This document shows, piece after piece, positions 61,901-64,000 of a stretch of DNA of 64,000 bases (positions are counted from its first letter, which is position 1; every line of letters starts with the position of its first letter). This DNA comes from Paraspadella gotoi (lineage: Eukaryota; Animalia; Chaetognatha). Both the position numbers and the translations under genes were made by a program. The stretch covers positions 29,141,290 to 29,205,289 of the forward strand of contig CM119264.1 of assembly GCA_051294375.1 (NCBI GenBank), in the 5' to 3' direction. The notes beneath the pieces were generated by a model. That model was not told the origin of the DNA. It made no database searches and saw only the letters and a list, made by a program, of their open reading frames with translations.

Positions 61901-63615
61901 GGGTGGGAGGAGGGGGTTTTGACGGAGGAAGACCGAGACCCGATAAACAGAGAGACTCAGGAGGAGTAGGAGGAGGAGGAGTAGGAGGAGGAGGAGGAGG
62001 AGGAAGAGTAAGAAGAGCAAACACGATTCCCAAAGAGAAGGACGACGTGCTTCAACGTCGAGGGTCATGAAGACCAAACTGCGCATGCGCGAAACCAAAT
62101 AGCCGCCGCGGAAAAAATGACGGTGACCGATGAAAATGGACGAAGAGAGATGATTTACAGATGGAGATTTAAAAAAAAGAGATGATTTACAGATAGAAAG
62201 AGATGATACGAGTGAGTTCAAGACAATAATCATTGCAAAAGGATGCAAGTGAAACGAATCAACGCGTCAAGAGATGACGACAAAGAAAAGCGTGGCAGTC
62301 GTTGGCAGCTCATTGGGCATACCAAAGAGTGACGAGAGTAGATTGAGAGAGAGAGCATGAGAGAGAGAGATGAAGAGACGAGAGAAGAGAGCATGAGAGA
62401 GAGAGAGAGATGATGAGATGAGAGAGAATCAAGAGAGAGAGAAAAAGGGAGATACCAAAGATGGAGAAATGGCGCTCGACGTAAGCATTACGTCAATTCG
62501 ACTAACGAGGAAATCTTTTTAAGTGGCGGAACTGAAATCGAGGCGGAACGAGAAAATCGCGAGAGAGAGAGACGAAAGGGAAAAAGAATTAAATTAAAGA
62601 GAGAAAGAGAGAGAGAGAGCAACGAGAAAGAGGTAGACGAGAGAGAGAAGATGAAGAGAAGACGAGAGAAGAGAGGAGAGGAGAGAGGAAAAGGGAAATT
62701 CTTCAGTATATTTTACATAAAGTAGGCATTTCGTTTAAATATTCTTGATTATCTGCTAATGCTTTTTAAACAATTAAACAAATAAACAATAAAATGGCTT
62801 CCATCAAGAATAGCTTAGTTTGTTTGTGATTCTTTTCACTTTCTTTAAACCCACTTTCTTCCTATTATTCAATCTCTCTACTTTCTCCTTGCTCTCTCTT
62901 CGATCTCCCTTCGAAATCTTTCTTCCTTTCCTTTTTCCTTCTCTCTTTATTCAATTTCTCTCTCTCCTTCTCTCCCCTTTTTACTTCTTTATCTTTTTCC
63001 TCTCCTTGCTCCTTCTCCTCCTTTCTCTTACTTCCCTTTCCCCCCTCCCTCCCCCTGCCCTTAGTCACTGGTTACCGTCCCCGCCATCTAGTCCGTAATT
63101 TCCTTGTTAACATACTTTTTTTTTTTTAATATTTGCGGGGTTTTTTTTAATTTCCCCAAACAGATTAAAATTTTTTTTTCGCGCTGATAACCTAATCACG
63201 TCTGTCACCGCTCCGAAGGAGACGCGCGTGTGCGCGGCCGCTCGAACGTCGGGAGCCGAGCGATTGCTGATAATCAGAGATCTTTTATGACATAATCGAA
63301 AGACCGGATGAGGAGAGGAGAGCATGTAGAGAGGAGAGAGAGGANNNNNNNNNNNNNNNNNNNNNNNNNAAGAAGAAGAAGAAGAAGAAGAAGAAGAAGA
63401 AGAAGAAATCTACAACAAACTCATGGGCGAAGACGATAGAGGCGACGACGATGACGATGACGACGATGACGACGATGACGATGACGAAGGCGAATATGAT
63501 AAAGGCAAATAATGACGAAGACGACAATGATAACAATGAAAAAAAAGCCGGCAGTAATGACGAAGATTTGATACCAAAACGATGACAAAGGCGAAAACGA
63601 TAAAGACAAAGATGA

Positions 63616-63657
<42 letters not shown>

Positions 63658-64000
63658 TGAGGACGACAAACGTCGATAAAACTCTTGACGCAAGTGAAGA
63701 GGGAAATAAAGACAGTTTCCAGAAGCGAAAAAAAAAGCTGTGAGCAAACTTGAAAACGTCACTGTGAAGTTTGTCACGCGTCAGTCAAACGCTGTTTTTA
63801 CTGTTCGCCAATGACGAATGACTGATTATATTATAAATAATACTTGTGAAGAATAGTATGATTAAACATTACAACACTGATAATTGTATGAGAGTAAAAA
63901 GTAACAGACAGGGGATAAAGTATAAATAAATAAATCATCAGCAACAACAACACAAGAAATGATAACAACAAAAACAACGAAAAATAGGAAGAAAGAAAGA

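Overview
Eukaryotic, non-bacterial draft-assembly window from an AT-rich invertebrate-type genome. It is packed with (CT/GA)n, (GAC)n, (ATC)n and (TTCA)n microsatellites, minisatellites, degenerate TTAGGG arrays and many N gaps; TTAGGG rather than TTAGG suggests a non-arthropod, possibly lophotrochozoan (inference). Almost all ORFs in the supplied track are low-complexity artefacts. One real spliced gene can be reconstructed on the minus strand: an immunoglobulin-superfamily cell-surface protein (signal peptide, V-type Ig, C2/CD80-like Ig, start of a third domain). Its exons are 31082-30949(+gap), (gap+)29573-29504, 24015-23924, 14614-14490 and 10331-10123, and the last four join through GT-AG, phase-compatible introns. 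The 3' end was not found. Non-coding highlights are (1) a ~420-bp foldback at 41265-41685 whose inner ends carry Penelope-type minimal hammerhead ribozyme motifs, (2) a perfect 35-bp-arm hairpin with a degenerate hammerhead-like motif, (3) a three-copy DINE-1/Helentron-like repeat family, and (4) separate homotypic motif clusters (ETS, GTCACGTGAC E-box, RFX X-box, CGCCCAC, CRE-like) in and around the Ig gene. Two kb-scale direct duplications adjoin 25-N gaps and carry indel-dominated differences, so they are most likely long-read gap-filling artefacts. Nothing here can be shown from sequence alone to be a wholly new biological system.
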